Source of the DNA: Candidatus Micrarchaeota archaeon
GTDB lineage: Archaea > Micrarchaeota > Micrarchaeia > Micrarchaeales > CABMGC01
Direction: 5' to 3'
Assembly (NCBI GenBank): GCA_021789155.1
Contig: JAJYJW010000002.1
Span: forward strand, 1-58,697
DNA length: 58,697 bases
This document shows, piece by piece, positions 38,677-48,522 of this stretch; positions within the stretch are counted from its first letter, which is position 1; every line of letters starts with the position of its first letter. Below the pieces are notes generated by a model that did no database searches, was not told the DNA's origin, and saw only the letters and a list, made by a program, of their open reading frames with translations. The translations under genes were made by a program, and so were the position numbers.

Positions 38677-39990
38677 ATGGAACCTGGAAAGGACATAGAT
38701 TTCATTGAGAGCAGAGCGTTCGAGCTTATGGAACGCAGGCTAGCGCTGCTGCCAGATACAGAAGCAAGACGCAAATTCATAGCCAACACTGTAAAAAGCA
38801 TTCAAGGAGACGCATCTCAAGAAACAATAGACCAGATAATTAAAGACTCTGAAAGCTTTGGGAAGATAGAACCGCTTCTTAACGATCCGGATATTGAAGA
38901 CATAATGATAAACAACACTTCGAACATTTTCGCATACACGAAAAGCTCAGGTCATAAGAAAATGGATTTCACACTTGATAAGAAAGACCTTGACATATTA
39001 GTAAAGAGACTTAAGCTCTATGCAACCACTACCCTAGCAGATGACAATATCTCGGACATTCACCTGCCTAACGGTTCAAGGGCAAACATAGTTTCTTCAC
39101 CTATGGGTGCAAACGTAACTATTAGGAACTTCAGCCCTGTTGCACTGAGCATAATAGACTTGATAAATGCCGGCGAGTTGAGCTACAACCTTGCGGCAAG
39201 ATTGTGGATATACGTTGACGGTTTGAAAGTCAGGCCTGCCAACCTGCTCATTGGGGGAATACCTGGAAGCGGTAAGACGACTTTGCTCAACGCGATGTTC
39301 AGCTTCTTCAGGCCAGAACAGAGAATAGTAGTTCTGGAAGAAACCTACGAATTGAACACGGAAACGCAGGAAAACTGCGTTAGATTGGAAACAAGTCCAG
39401 AACTGCCGCTTACGGAACTCGTCAAGAACACGCTCAGAATGCGCCCTGACATGATAATAATCGGAGAGGTGAGAGGCGAAGAGGCAAAGGACATGATGAC
39501 TGCGATGAACATCGGAAAGATGGTCATGTGCACGATTCACGCAAGCACTGCGCGAGATGCGGTGACTAGACTACAGCATTCACCTATGAACATAGAAATG
39601 GACATCCTCCCTCTAATCGACGCAATCATAATAATATCGCAGATAGAGGAATCAGGCAAACGAATAAGAAAAATAAGCCAAGTATCCGAAATATCAGGCA
39701 TAGAAACCCAAGTCCTTTTGTCTGACCTTTACAGCTACGACTACAAAACGCACCACAGCTCTGAAATACTGCCTAGCGTAACATACAGGGACCTCCTTTC
39801 TAGGTTAAGCGGTTATCCGCCATCCGAAATAATTCTCGAAGAGCAAAGGCGTGCTAAAATACTGGAAAGGCTCAACCAACTGGGAATCAAGGGTCTGAAA
39901 GACATCAACGCCTTCTGCAAGGAATACTACACAGATCCTGAAAAGGCCCTGGAGAAGATAGGCCTTTCGTCATTGGGAGTGCTGAGGTAG
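38677..39990 (+). CDS. type IV pilus / type II secretion ATPase (CpaF/TadA/FlaI family)
   Basis: GIPGSGKTT, LEETYEL, LRMRPDMIIIGEVRG and TIHA. Confidence 0.92.
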   Translation: MEPGKDIDFIESRAFELMERRLALLPDTEARRKFIANTVKSIQGDASQETIDQIIKDSESFGKIEPLLNDPDIEDIMINNTSNIFAYTKSSGHKKMDFTLDKKDLDILVKRLKLYATTTLADDNISDIHLPNGSRANIVSSPMGANVTIRNFSPVALSIIDLINAGELSYNLAARLWIYVDGLKVRPANLLIGGIPGSGKTTLLNAMFSFFRPEQRIVVLEETYELNTETQENCVRLETSPELPLTELVKNTLRMRPDMIIIGEVRGEEAKDMMTAMNIGKMVMCTIHASTARDAVTRLQHSPMNIEMDILPLIDAIIIISQIEESGKRIRKISQVSEISGIETQVLLSDLYSYDYKTHHSSEILPSVTYRDLLSRLSGYPPSEIILEEQRRAKILERLNQLGIKGLKDINAFCKEYYTDPEKALEKIGLSSLGVLR

Positions 39991-39997
39991 TTGGAAC

Positions 39998-40804
39998 ATG
40001 CATACTGACAAGATATGCATGCTCTACACCGATTCTGATCAAGCATCGAAGAACATAGCAGCATGCGTGCTGAAGAATGATTTTACAGAGAACGATAATG
40101 GATTGTTCGAGCATTCATCGGGAAGCATATTCTTACACAAAATAGACGGCCCTCTTCTGAACGTTAGCGAAGAGGCTCTGCCGAAATACGACATCTTCTA
40201 TTTTCTTAGCGGACATTCAAGCTCTGCAGGGGTCGCATCAATGACAGTACATGCAGAGGGCAATTGGACTAATGAAGCGCTGTTAGGGGGCAAGCCCATG
40301 GAATTGTCGGTCGCAACCCCGACAAACATGCTGAATGCATTGCTAAACATGGAAAAGGACAAGACCGACTTAGAAAAGACATACGAGGCAACGCACCATG
40401 GGCCGTTGCTTACAAAACCTTCATGCTTCATAGAGATAGGAGGAAACCTAGAAGTAAGAAACAGCATAGCTTATGCGGAACTCCTCAGCAGGATAATAAT
40501 GAATACTGCATTGCAGGAAGAGTGCGAATTCAGCAAGATAGCGATAGGGATAGGAGGAACCCATTACGCGATGAAATTTACCAAGCTTGCAAAGGAGAAA
40601 GGCTACGCATTCTCGCACATGATGCCAAAGCACGGATTATCCGCAAACGCAGAAGACAACGCGATAATGCTCAAACAGGCGCTGGAAAGATCAGTACCTA
40701 AGGCAGAAATGGCAGTTATTGACTGGAAAAGTATAAAATCACAGGATAGGCAAGATGTAGTGCGGATGCTAAACGATTGGGGTGTGGAATACGAAAGAGT
40801 ATGA
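39998..40804 (+). CDS. dtdA: archaeal D-aminoacyl-tRNA deacylase
   Basis: LSGHSS, TVHAEGN, YEATHHGP, FIEIG, GGTHY and HMMPK. Confidence 0.88.
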   Translation: MHTDKICMLYTDSDQASKNIAACVLKNDFTENDNGLFEHSSGSIFLHKIDGPLLNVSEEALPKYDIFYFLSGHSSSAGVASMTVHAEGNWTNEALLGGKPMELSVATPTNMLNALLNMEKDKTDLEKTYEATHHGPLLTKPSCFIEIGGNLEVRNSIAYAELLSRIIMNTALQEECEFSKIAIGIGGTHYAMKFTKLAKEKGYAFSHMMPKHGLSANAEDNAIMLKQALERSVPKAEMAVIDWKSIKSQDRQDVVRMLNDWGVEYERV

Positions 40805-42782
40805 ACTGCTTGTTACTTTGCTTACGCTTGCGATTTTATGTTCCTCTGCAAGCGCACAGTACTGGTTCCAATCCGGGGTTAAAGGGGGCAGTGCATCGGT
40901 AAACAACCATGGCGCATCTGTTAACATACAGACAATCATTCCCCAAAATCTCAACAGCGGATCTCTAGCTTTCTGGGTTGGGGAAACCCTAAGCAATGGC
41001 GCATTCCTCCAAGCTGGATATGTAATACAGAATTCAACGGGAAGCTATCCGTTGGATTGCGACATGAATGGATGTTACAATTATTCAATGCTGAGCGCAG
41101 GGCATGCAGAATGGTTTTATGAGTATTTCCCTGCAGGGTTCAACGCCAGTTTCCTAGGCAAGCTGGGCCTAGATAATTCCGCTGGAGCAAATGGAACTGT
41201 CCACACTTACGGCTTCTATGCCTCAGGAACAAAATGGTACTTCACTATGGATGGAAAGACCCTTGGAAGCATAGATCTTGGAACTTCAACTTCTGGATAT
41301 AACGTACCTGTGGCATTCGGAGAAATAGCAAACACCGATACAAACAGTCAATTCGTAACTCCAGTGCAGTTATCAAACCTATCTTTTTACGATGGAAGCA
41401 GATTTTCCCCAGTAAGAAAAGGATACGCTTACATTGGCTACGGGGAAGGGAGCGCGAAGACATTGAAGAACACGTATGGTGTTGAAGAGATTGGAAATAG
41501 GATAAACTTCTTCCAGATAGGCTCTGGATTGAGGATAACCGCAAACGATACCCAATTATGGAGCCTTGGATATACGCTGACCATAAACTCTCAATATGCA
41601 AACATAAGCAACTTTACCGGATATAGTGCTTACAGTACGCAGAGGATATCCGCGCCGCAATATGTTGAATTGGGGAACAATACCCGCGCGCGCTTTGCAG
41701 GATGGATAGGGACTGGTTCCGGATCTTATACGGGAAATTCCAACATCACTACTGTAAACATGAGGAGTAACATAACCGAGACTGCAAAATGGATAACGCA
41801 ATACTATGTTGGCGCAAATACTCCATACGGAAGCGTTAATGGCAGCGGATGGTATGACAGCGGAACAACTGCACACGTTAGCCTTGAAAGCACGACTCAC
41901 CAGCTCACCCCTACAAGCAGGTTCAGCTTCGTAAAATGGTCCGACGGAAACGATTCACCTTCTAGGAGCATATTGGTTGGCAAGCCTTACTCATTGATCG
42001 CCAGATGGAACATGCAGTATCTCGTCAATTTATCATCTAACAACAAGAACTCGAGACCAATAGGGAGCGGATGGTATTATGCGAATACCACTGCCAATAT
42101 AACTGTCAACAACACTTCATTCAACGAAAATGGAAAAGAATACGGCTTTTACGAGTGGAACGGAAGCTACTCTACGCTATTGCAGAAACCAGCATCTTCA
42201 ATATACGTAAACAAATCCTACTCCCTAACTGCGGAATTCTTCCCAATTAGGAACGTGACTTTCAATGTAGTTGGAGAAAACAACAAACCACTTGACAACG
42301 TAATCCTTCTGATAAATGACAGAACGTATTCGCAAAAGGGCACACTGTTCACTGGAGTGGAATACGCGGCTACGAAAGCGTATTACAACGGGGTGAACAT
42401 GACCTTCCAGCAACTTTTCAGCGTTGAAAGCTCTAACGTGACCATACGCATACCTGTCTACTCTGTCAGCGTGAAAACCCTTGACATATTCGACGTTCCT
42501 TTCAACACCTCTGTCACAGTCAATTTCGAAAACGGGAGCGTATATTCCGGCTATACTGGAAAGAATGGAACGATAACATTCAACAGCGTGCCTCACGGGA
42601 ACCTTACGGCAAAAATAAACTACTTCGGGTTTGAACTCAGTGCGGGCGCAGTTGCAGGAGGCGCAGCGTCGTTCAACCTAATTTCAACGTACGACTTTAT
42701 GCTTGCAATCCTGATTATTGCGGTTATAGTTATCGTGGCACTAGTTTCACGACACTACTTTACAGGTAAAAGAGCAGCATAG
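40782..42782 (+). CDS. large secreted, membrane-anchored surface glycoprotein
   Basis: Signal peptide, repeated GSGWY/FxxW beta modules, many N-x-S/T sequons and a C-terminal TM segment. Confidence 0.75.
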   Translation: MWNTKEYELLVTLLTLAILCSSASAQYWFQSGVKGGSASVNNHGASVNIQTIIPQNLNSGSLAFWVGETLSNGAFLQAGYVIQNSTGSYPLDCDMNGCYNYSMLSAGHAEWFYEYFPAGFNASFLGKLGLDNSAGANGTVHTYGFYASGTKWYFTMDGKTLGSIDLGTSTSGYNVPVAFGEIANTDTNSQFVTPVQLSNLSFYDGSRFSPVRKGYAYIGYGEGSAKTLKNTYGVEEIGNRINFFQIGSGLRITANDTQLWSLGYTLTINSQYANISNFTGYSAYSTQRISAPQYVELGNNTRARFAGWIGTGSGSYTGNSNITTVNMRSNITETAKWITQYYVGANTPYGSVNGSGWYDSGTTAHVSLESTTHQLTPTSRFSFVKWSDGNDSPSRSILVGKPYSLIARWNMQYLVNLSSNNKNSRPIGSGWYYANTTANITVNNTSFNENGKEYGFYEWNGSYSTLLQKPASSIYVNKSYSLTAEFFPIRNVTFNVVGENNKPLDNVILLINDRTYSQKGTLFTGVEYAATKAYYNGVNMTFQQLFSVESSNVTIRIPVYSVSVKTLDIFDVPFNTSVTVNFENGSVYSGYTGKNGTITFNSVPHGNLTAKINYFGFELSAGAVAGGAASFNLISTYDFMLAILIIAVIVIVALVSRHYFTGKRAA

Positions 42783-42829
42783 AAGCTCTTTTATTATTTT
42801 ATTATAGAACTCTATCATAGGTGTAATGC

Positions 42830-43351
42830 ATGAAAGCGGCAATAATTGTTCCTAATTCCGAATTTAGGGATGAAGCAGTATCTATGTCTAAACTCATATT
42901 TGGCAAATGGGGAGTTGATGCACACGTCATAGCTGAATCTATGGCCGCGTGCAGAGGCTCGCATGGTGCAGTTTACAAAGCAGAAGGCACGATAGACGCA
43001 TTGGATCCTAATGCCTACAACGCGATCATACTTGTCGATGGTGAAGGAATAAATACGCAGAAGCTTTACGACAATAGGAAACTTGCAGACACGCTTAAGA
43101 AATTCAACGCAGCTGAAAAACCAATATGTGCCATAGGAAACGCGGTGAAAATACTCGCAAGAGCCAACGTAATAGACGGGAAGAAAATCGCGGTTCCGGA
43201 TAACGAGGAAATACAGCGCATAGTAGGGATATACAGGGGTTTGCCAACAAAGGAAAAACTTGTATTCGACAAAAACATAGTCACGTTGAGGGACGACGAC
43301 TCCATTCAGCAGGCATTATCGCTGATATTAGCGCATCTTGGAATGCGCTGA
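42830..43351 (+). CDS. DJ-1/PfpI family protein lacking the catalytic Cys
   Basis: FRDE, YNAIILVDG and KPICAIGNA (Gly at the usual AIC nucleophile position). Confidence 0.75.
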   Translation: MKAAIIVPNSEFRDEAVSMSKLIFGKWGVDAHVIAESMAACRGSHGAVYKAEGTIDALDPNAYNAIILVDGEGINTQKLYDNRKLADTLKKFNAAEKPICAIGNAVKILARANVIDGKKIAVPDNEEIQRIVGIYRGLPTKEKLVFDKNIVTLRDDDSIQQALSLILAHLGMR

Positions 43352-43657
43352 TGCCGCATTGAAATGAATGCGGATCTGGTTTCCGCATTCGCATATGCAG
43401 AACACTACTCCTTTCGAAGCGACCATTCTTTTTTTGCAGTCTATTCCAGGAACAAGCAGATTGGAGCATTTCCTGCATATTCTGTGCTTTATCTCCTTCG
43501 GTATTTTAACCCTGGAATGCTCTGCAATCTGAATAAGGAGCTTGACGTACCTATGCTCAAGACTTTTGTTCCCGTTTACGCATTTCTCTTCGGCAAGCTC
43601 GGCTAACCTTTGCATTCTAGCAATTGCTATTGAACCGTGATCGCCTTTATTCAACAA
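43328..43657 (-). CDS. rnp4: ribonuclease P protein component 4 (Rpp21)
   Basis: IAIARMQRL, RYVKL, ICRKC, LVPG and ICECG. Confidence 0.85.
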   Translation of the reverse strand: MLNKGDHGSIAIARMQRLAELAEEKCVNGNKSLEHRYVKLLIQIAEHSRVKIPKEIKHRICRKCSNLLVPGIDCKKRMVASKGVVFCICECGNQIRIHFNAASAHSKMR

Positions 43658-43746
43658 ACCAACTTATCCACATTTGAATTATACTTTATAAAACCCTTTG
43701 CAAGGAATAGTGTTTTATTTTTAATCTGGGGATTAGAACCGATTAT

Positions 43747-44253
43747 ATGGATAGCAGAGGGACAATTGCGAAAACACTTGACATGATAGACGCACGTATG
43801 CACTTCGAGAACGTTTATGCGCACTGCGACATACCTTGCGGCATATACGATCCGCATGCCGCGCAAGTTGCAGCACATACAGTAGCTAGAATGGATATGC
43901 TGATAGCTGCATTACCAAAAGATAACGCAGATGAAACTAGAAACAAATTCGCAAGATACGTTGCGGTAAAGGAGCAACATGCAGAGATATGCAAGCACGA
44001 GATACGCGTGCTTTGGGGAGATTACTTCAAGGCTGAGCACAAGACGAACCATCCTGATCTTAATGAGTTGATATGGGGAACGCTGAAGAGCGCTAGCAAG
44101 GCAAAACAGAGCACCAACATCGCAGATGCCGATGATCTTCTGACAAACGTGATGAAGATAGCCGAAATATTCTGGGAAACTAAGGGAGTCAAAACGAAAA
44201 GGGTAAAGGCATTCTATCCCACTGAAAGAGAGATAGTGTATCCAGTGGTTTAA
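43747..44253 (+). CDS. sodN: nickel superoxide dismutase precursor
   Basis: Leader followed by the nickel hook HCDIPCGIYD, plus KEQHAE, VLWGDYFK and IFWETK. Confidence 0.95.
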   Translation: MDSRGTIAKTLDMIDARMHFENVYAHCDIPCGIYDPHAAQVAAHTVARMDMLIAALPKDNADETRNKFARYVAVKEQHAEICKHEIRVLWGDYFKAEHKTNHPDLNELIWGTLKSASKAKQSTNIADADDLLTNVMKIAEIFWETKGVKTKRVKAFYPTEREIVYPVV

Positions 44254-44547
44254 ATGTTCGCAGACATGCTCCCCAGCATCTTCAAGGTGAAGGACAGGAG
44301 CATGCTGCCTTCTATTCCTGAAAACAGCTACGTATTGACTATGAAAAGAAAGGAGCTGAAGATTGGCGACGTGGTGGTCGCGATGCACCCATACAATAAC
44401 ATGAAGATAGTGAAGAGGGTTGCATTATGCGACGAAAATGGAATTTTCCTGATTGGAGACAATTTAGATGAAAGCACAGATAGCAGAACGTTCGGACAAA
44501 TAAGCCATACTGGAATATTAGGAAAAGTTGTATTCGTAGTCAACTAG
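44254..44547 (+). CDS. sodX: NiSOD maturation protease (S26 family)
   Basis: DRSMLPS, GDVVV, IVKRV, GDN and STDSRTFG; abuts sodN. Confidence 0.9.
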   Translation: MFADMLPSIFKVKDRSMLPSIPENSYVLTMKRKELKIGDVVVAMHPYNNMKIVKRVALCDENGIFLIGDNLDESTDSRTFGQISHTGILGKVVFVVN

Positions 44548-44550
44548 AAG

Positions 44551-44622
44551 TGGAGGTACAGGGAATCGAACCCCGGCCTGCAGAATGTCAATCTGCCATC
44601 CTAGCCACTAGACGATACCTCC
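44551..44622 (-). tRNA. tRNA-Val(GAC), intronless
   Basis: Acceptor GGAGGTA/TACCTCC; anticodon arm GCAGA-TT GAC AT-TCTGC; T-loop TTCGATT. Confidence 0.92.
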
Positions 44623-44669
44623 AACAATTACAGAGAACATTTCTGTGTTTTAGTTATTAAACCCTTCGC

Positions 44670-45560
44670 TCATACTTGAATGAGCATTCCGTCATTTGCG
44701 ATTTCGCTGTTCTTGAAAACCTTCCTCGCTTCGTTTAGCATCTCCACAGTGTCTCTGTACCTTGTGCTTATGTGCGTGAGAATCAGCCTTTTCGCCTTTG
44801 CCTTCTTTGCCACTTCCGCAGCTTCCGTGGACGTGCTGTGTCTGCGCTCTTTCGCGAGGTTAGCCTCGCTGTTCTTGTATGATGATTCATGGATTAGTAT
44901 GTCGGCATCGCTGGCGGCGATTATCGTGTCCCTCAAAGGCCTTGTGTCACAAGCATACACTATCTTCTTCCCGGCTATTTGATACGTTACTTGCTTTATG
45001 CCGATGGTTTTCTTTCCTATCTTGATGCTTCCTTTCTTCAGAAGCTCTGCGAACATGGTGCCCTTGACTCCTAGTTTCTTGCACTTTTCCTTTATGAACC
45101 TCTTTCTGTCGTCTTCCTTGAATACGTAGCCATATGTCTTTATGGAATGGTTTAGCTTGAATGCGTTAACAGTATAATTCTTCCCCGAAAACACCTTCCC
45201 TGCGCTTATGCCAATCACATTTATCGGGTATTTGATTATCGCACTGTCAAACGTTATGAGATTTCGAACGATTTGCTCCTGTCCTTTTGGAACATAAATC
45301 GTAAGTGGCTTATCTCTGCTGTGTATCGCAAGTGTTCTGACTATTCCTGCTATGCCTATGACGTGATCGCCATGTGCATGGGTTATGAATATGGTGTTGA
45401 TTCTGGCCATATTCAATCCGTAATTGAGCATCTTCTCCTGTGTGCCTTCTCCGCAATCGAAAAGAATGAGTTCGCCATTGAACATCAACGCGACTGCAGG
45501 CATCCCCCTCTTCTTGGAAGGCGCTGCACCAGATGTACCCAAAAACATCATTTTTATCAT
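44670..45560 (-). CDS. rnz: ribonuclease Z
   Basis: LGTSGAAP, DCGEG, THAHGDH, DTRP, HES, HST and THISTRY. Confidence 0.95.
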   Translation of the reverse strand: MIKMMFLGTSGAAPSKKRGMPAVALMFNGELILFDCGEGTQEKMLNYGLNMARINTIFITHAHGDHVIGIAGIVRTLAIHSRDKPLTIYVPKGQEQIVRNLITFDSAIIKYPINVIGISAGKVFSGKNYTVNAFKLNHSIKTYGYVFKEDDRKRFIKEKCKKLGVKGTMFAELLKKGSIKIGKKTIGIKQVTYQIAGKKIVYACDTRPLRDTIIAASDADILIHESSYKNSEANLAKERRHSTSTEAAEVAKKAKAKRLILTHISTRYRDTVEMLNEARKVFKNSEIANDGMLIQV

Positions 45561-45564
45561 AAGA

Positions 45565-46650
45565 TCACAGCTCTATCCTAACTTTTTTCTTTGCAAGGTC
45601 AACTTCCTTTACGATGTCTCCAAAAACCTCTTGCACTTCTTGCAATGTCGCTCTTTTGTTCTTTTGCATGTACTCGATCACGTTATTAACTAGCCGCATG
45701 TTTTCAAATATCTTTTGTCCTGATTCTGTTCCTTCTTTCTCCCTTGTCTCAAGTTCATCTAGGATTTTCTTCTGCTTCTCGATATTCGCGGCAATCGCGT
45801 CTACTCTCGAAGTGTCTTTCTTTATTCCTATTCTCGCGTCAAGGTAGAACCTCTCTAGCATTTCACTTATGCTCTGGAACGATAACTGCTCCAAACCGGA
45901 ATACTTCTTCAATGGAAGAAGGGAGTATTCGTACAACTCAAAATCCTTCGAATAAATTGTGGGGATTGGATGAAGGAACAAAGCGTCTACGAATGAGCGC
46001 GTAGCTGTAGCGATTTCCTTCGCTGTTTTATCATCGTTGATTGGAGAGTCCGCAGGAATTTTCAATTCCTCTAATATCTGCTCCGCATATACTGGCGCTA
46101 TCCCCATTGCGACTATGGGTTTTATCGCCTTATCCTCTTTCCTTTCCATCAAATTGCTAGCTATCTGCTCCACGCTTGCATTTGATACATTCAATGTGGA
46201 AGCGTTCGGGAATTCATAGATAATTTTTGGCTTTACTTCACGATCCTTCTGTGCAGTATTCCTATATGCGATGTTTATCTTCATCGCAGGATCGGTTATT
46301 ATCACGTTCCCTTTCGCGAAAAGCTCGATTATCAGCTTGGTTTCATCGGAGAAAGTCATGATTAGTATTCTGTCCATTCCGTACTGGCTTATCTCCTTGA
46401 GCTTCTTGTTCATTATTAGCTTTCTTGCCACTGTGCAGAATTGCGTTGGCGTATCCGTTTCCTCCACGATCGAGGTGAAGTTAACAACATAGGGTATTCT
46501 GACGAAAAGCACGCGCTTCGCAGATGCGGAGGTGAAATGAAATCTGATAGCGCCTTCCCCAAGATCGTATATCTTGCCAAGGAATAGGCCTTCTAAAGAT
46601 TTCAGCTCCTTGACTATGCATGCAATCTCGATTGCAGAAAGGGAGCGCAT
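45565..46650 (-). CDS. NFACT/RqcH (fibronectin-binding-A-like) N-terminal domain protein
   Basis: QYGMDRIL, LIIELFAKGNVII, a coiled coil and a KVRIEL end; no NFACT-R domain. Confidence 0.75.
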   Translation of the reverse strand: MRSLSAIEIACIVKELKSLEGLFLGKIYDLGEGAIRFHFTSASAKRVLFVRIPYVVNFTSIVEETDTPTQFCTVARKLIMNKKLKEISQYGMDRILIMTFSDETKLIIELFAKGNVIITDPAMKINIAYRNTAQKDREVKPKIIYEFPNASTLNVSNASVEQIASNLMERKEDKAIKPIVAMGIAPVYAEQILEELKIPADSPINDDKTAKEIATATRSFVDALFLHPIPTIYSKDFELYEYSLLPLKKYSGLEQLSFQSISEMLERFYLDARIGIKKDTSRVDAIAANIEKQKKILDELETREKEGTESGQKIFENMRLVNNVIEYMQKNKRATLQEVQEVFGDIVKEVDLAKKKVRIEL

Positions 46651-46656
46651 CTAGGT

Positions 46657-47448
46657 TCACTTTTTGAGCTTGCGCGCGCCTTCCTCCTTGACCACTTTAG
46701 CGAAGCTTGTCACAAGTTTCGCGGCATCGGCTGATTCTTCCATCGCCGTGCCGACTTGTATAATGTCAGCGCCTGCGGAATATGCTGAAGCCAATGCGGC
46801 AGTATCGCGTATGCCCCCTGCAACAATGTATGGTACTGATATCGAGCTTTTAACTGCTTTTATCATGTCCAATGGTATAGGACCAGAACCCTGCAATTGA
46901 GGATTAGAACCAGTGTCAGTTACTATGAACCTGTTTCCCAGATACTCGCCTGCCATTGCAAGCGCTGCCGCAATCTTCGGCTTAGCCCTTGGTATCATGT
47001 TAGCGTCGCCAACCCATCCCACAGTGCCGCCTGGCTCCACGACAATGTAGCCTATAGGCAAAGGCTCTACCTTAAGGCTCTTCGTGAGAGGCGCTGCAAG
47101 CATCTGTGCCTGGATTATCCAGTACGGATTCCTTGCATTGAGCAGAGACATGAAATAAACCGCATCTGCATACTTTGTTAGGGTGGCGATGTTTCCCGGG
47201 AATAGAACTATTGGGACGTTGCCCGCCTTTTCCTTTACGCCTTTGCAAACGTAATCGAGAAGCTCTCCCTGAGCGCCTATGCTTCCACCCACAAGAAGCA
47301 TGTCCGCACCAGCGTTTATGCTCGCTGCTGCTGTTTTTATCGCTGCATCAGGCGTCTTGTAATCTACCGGATCTATTAGCATCGAAAGCATCGCACCCTT
47401 GCTTTCTAGCGTATCGTATATGTATTTCTCTACTTTTCCAAATTTCAA
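46657..47448 (-). CDS. geranylgeranylglyceryl phosphate synthase
   Basis: LIDP, VGGS, PIVLFPG, FMSLLN, GYIVVEPGG and VAGGIR. Confidence 0.9.
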   Translation of the reverse strand: MKFGKVEKYIYDTLESKGAMLSMLIDPVDYKTPDAAIKTAAASINAGADMLLVGGSIGAQGELLDYVCKGVKEKAGNVPIVLFPGNIATLTKYADAVYFMSLLNARNPYWIIQAQMLAAPLTKSLKVEPLPIGYIVVEPGGTVGWVGDANMIPRAKPKIAAALAMAGEYLGNRFIVTDTGSNPQLQGSGPIPLDMIKAVKSSISVPYIVAGGIRDTAALASAYSAGADIIQVGTAMEESADAAKLVTSFAKVVKEEGARKLKK

Positions 47449-47493
47449 ATGAACACCTGTAGATAATCAGGATTACGAACATCAGTTATATAG

Positions 47494-48513
47494 CTATATG
47501 TTATGCTTCGCGCTTTTCATCTTTTTCTCATATGTCTTGAACATCTCCATTGCGCCAGAATCAAGCTTCACAATCGGCTTATATCCCAATTGGGCCTTTA
47601 TCCTGCTAATGTCTATCTGCCTGTTGCTCGTCAAGAACCTATATTCGTCTGGATTGATCTTGACGTAAGGCAGCAGAACCTTAGCTATGAACCTGTTAAT
47701 GGTACTGTCTACCCTGGGAACTTTGAGCATGTCCGCAGCGAGATTGAACAAGATGCGCTGGGTGTGGAATTCGCCGTCGGTTAGGTTGTATACGTTCCCT
47801 ATGCTTTTCTTCGATGTGCTCGCGAGTATGAATGCCTGCATTACGTCGTATACGTGCACCAGGTTAAGGGTATTCGTGCCATCGCCGATTATCCTCGCCT
47901 TCCCCAATCTCACCATGTCGAAGAACTTGAAGAATTGTTCCTCGAAGCCAGGCCCATACATTACCGCTATTCTGAATATGGTTGAAGGAACCGTGGATTT
48001 ATAGCGCTGTATTATCTGCTCCGCTAGCATCTTGCTAACCCCGTATTTATCCTGCGGGTCAAGAGATGAGTCCTCGTTAAGAATTTCATTCCTGCGGTAT
48101 CCGTAAACGTCTACGCTGCTAGGAAATATGAAATGCGATACCGCATTGTCTTCGCACGCCTCGAGAACGTTCCTAGTGCCATCGACATTTATGCGCATAA
48201 GGTTCATCGGATTGACCTTGTATTCGCTCACTATTGCCGCAAGATGAAATACGTTATCTACGCCTTTGCATGCATCGTTGAGTATTGCGCTGTCGTTAAT
48301 GTCTCCGACGAATGGGATTGTACCGCTAGGCAAATGAATTATCGAGTCTTTTCTGTTTACCAGCGCCCTTACCGTGTCGCCCCTTTTGATCAAAACCTTA
48401 ATAAGTTCCTTTCCAAGACGACCGCTTGCGCCAGTAACGAAGCTAACTTTGCCTTTGTTCTTTGGCACAGGATTAGTACCGCCGAGTTCTTCGTCTTCGG
48501 CATTTTCTTGCAT
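47494..48513 (-). CDS. NAD-dependent epimerase/dehydratase (extended SDR)
   Basis: VTGASGRLG, HLAA and YGVSK. Confidence 0.9.
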   Translation of the reverse strand: MQENAEDEELGGTNPVPKNKGKVSFVTGASGRLGKELIKVLIKRGDTVRALVNRKDSIIHLPSGTIPFVGDINDSAILNDACKGVDNVFHLAAIVSEYKVNPMNLMRINVDGTRNVLEACEDNAVSHFIFPSSVDVYGYRRNEILNEDSSLDPQDKYGVSKMLAEQIIQRYKSTVPSTIFRIAVMYGPGFEEQFFKFFDMVRLGKARIIGDGTNTLNLVHVYDVMQAFILASTSKKSIGNVYNLTDGEFHTQRILFNLAADMLKVPRVDSTINRFIAKVLLPYVKINPDEYRFLTSNRQIDISRIKAQLGYKPIVKLDSGAMEMFKTYEKKMKSAKHNI

Positions 48514-48522
48514 TTAAACACT

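Noticed and set aside
43660..44622. tRNA-Val-anchored island with att duplication around sodN-sodX
   Set aside because: I found no second copy of the tRNA 3' end and no integrase.
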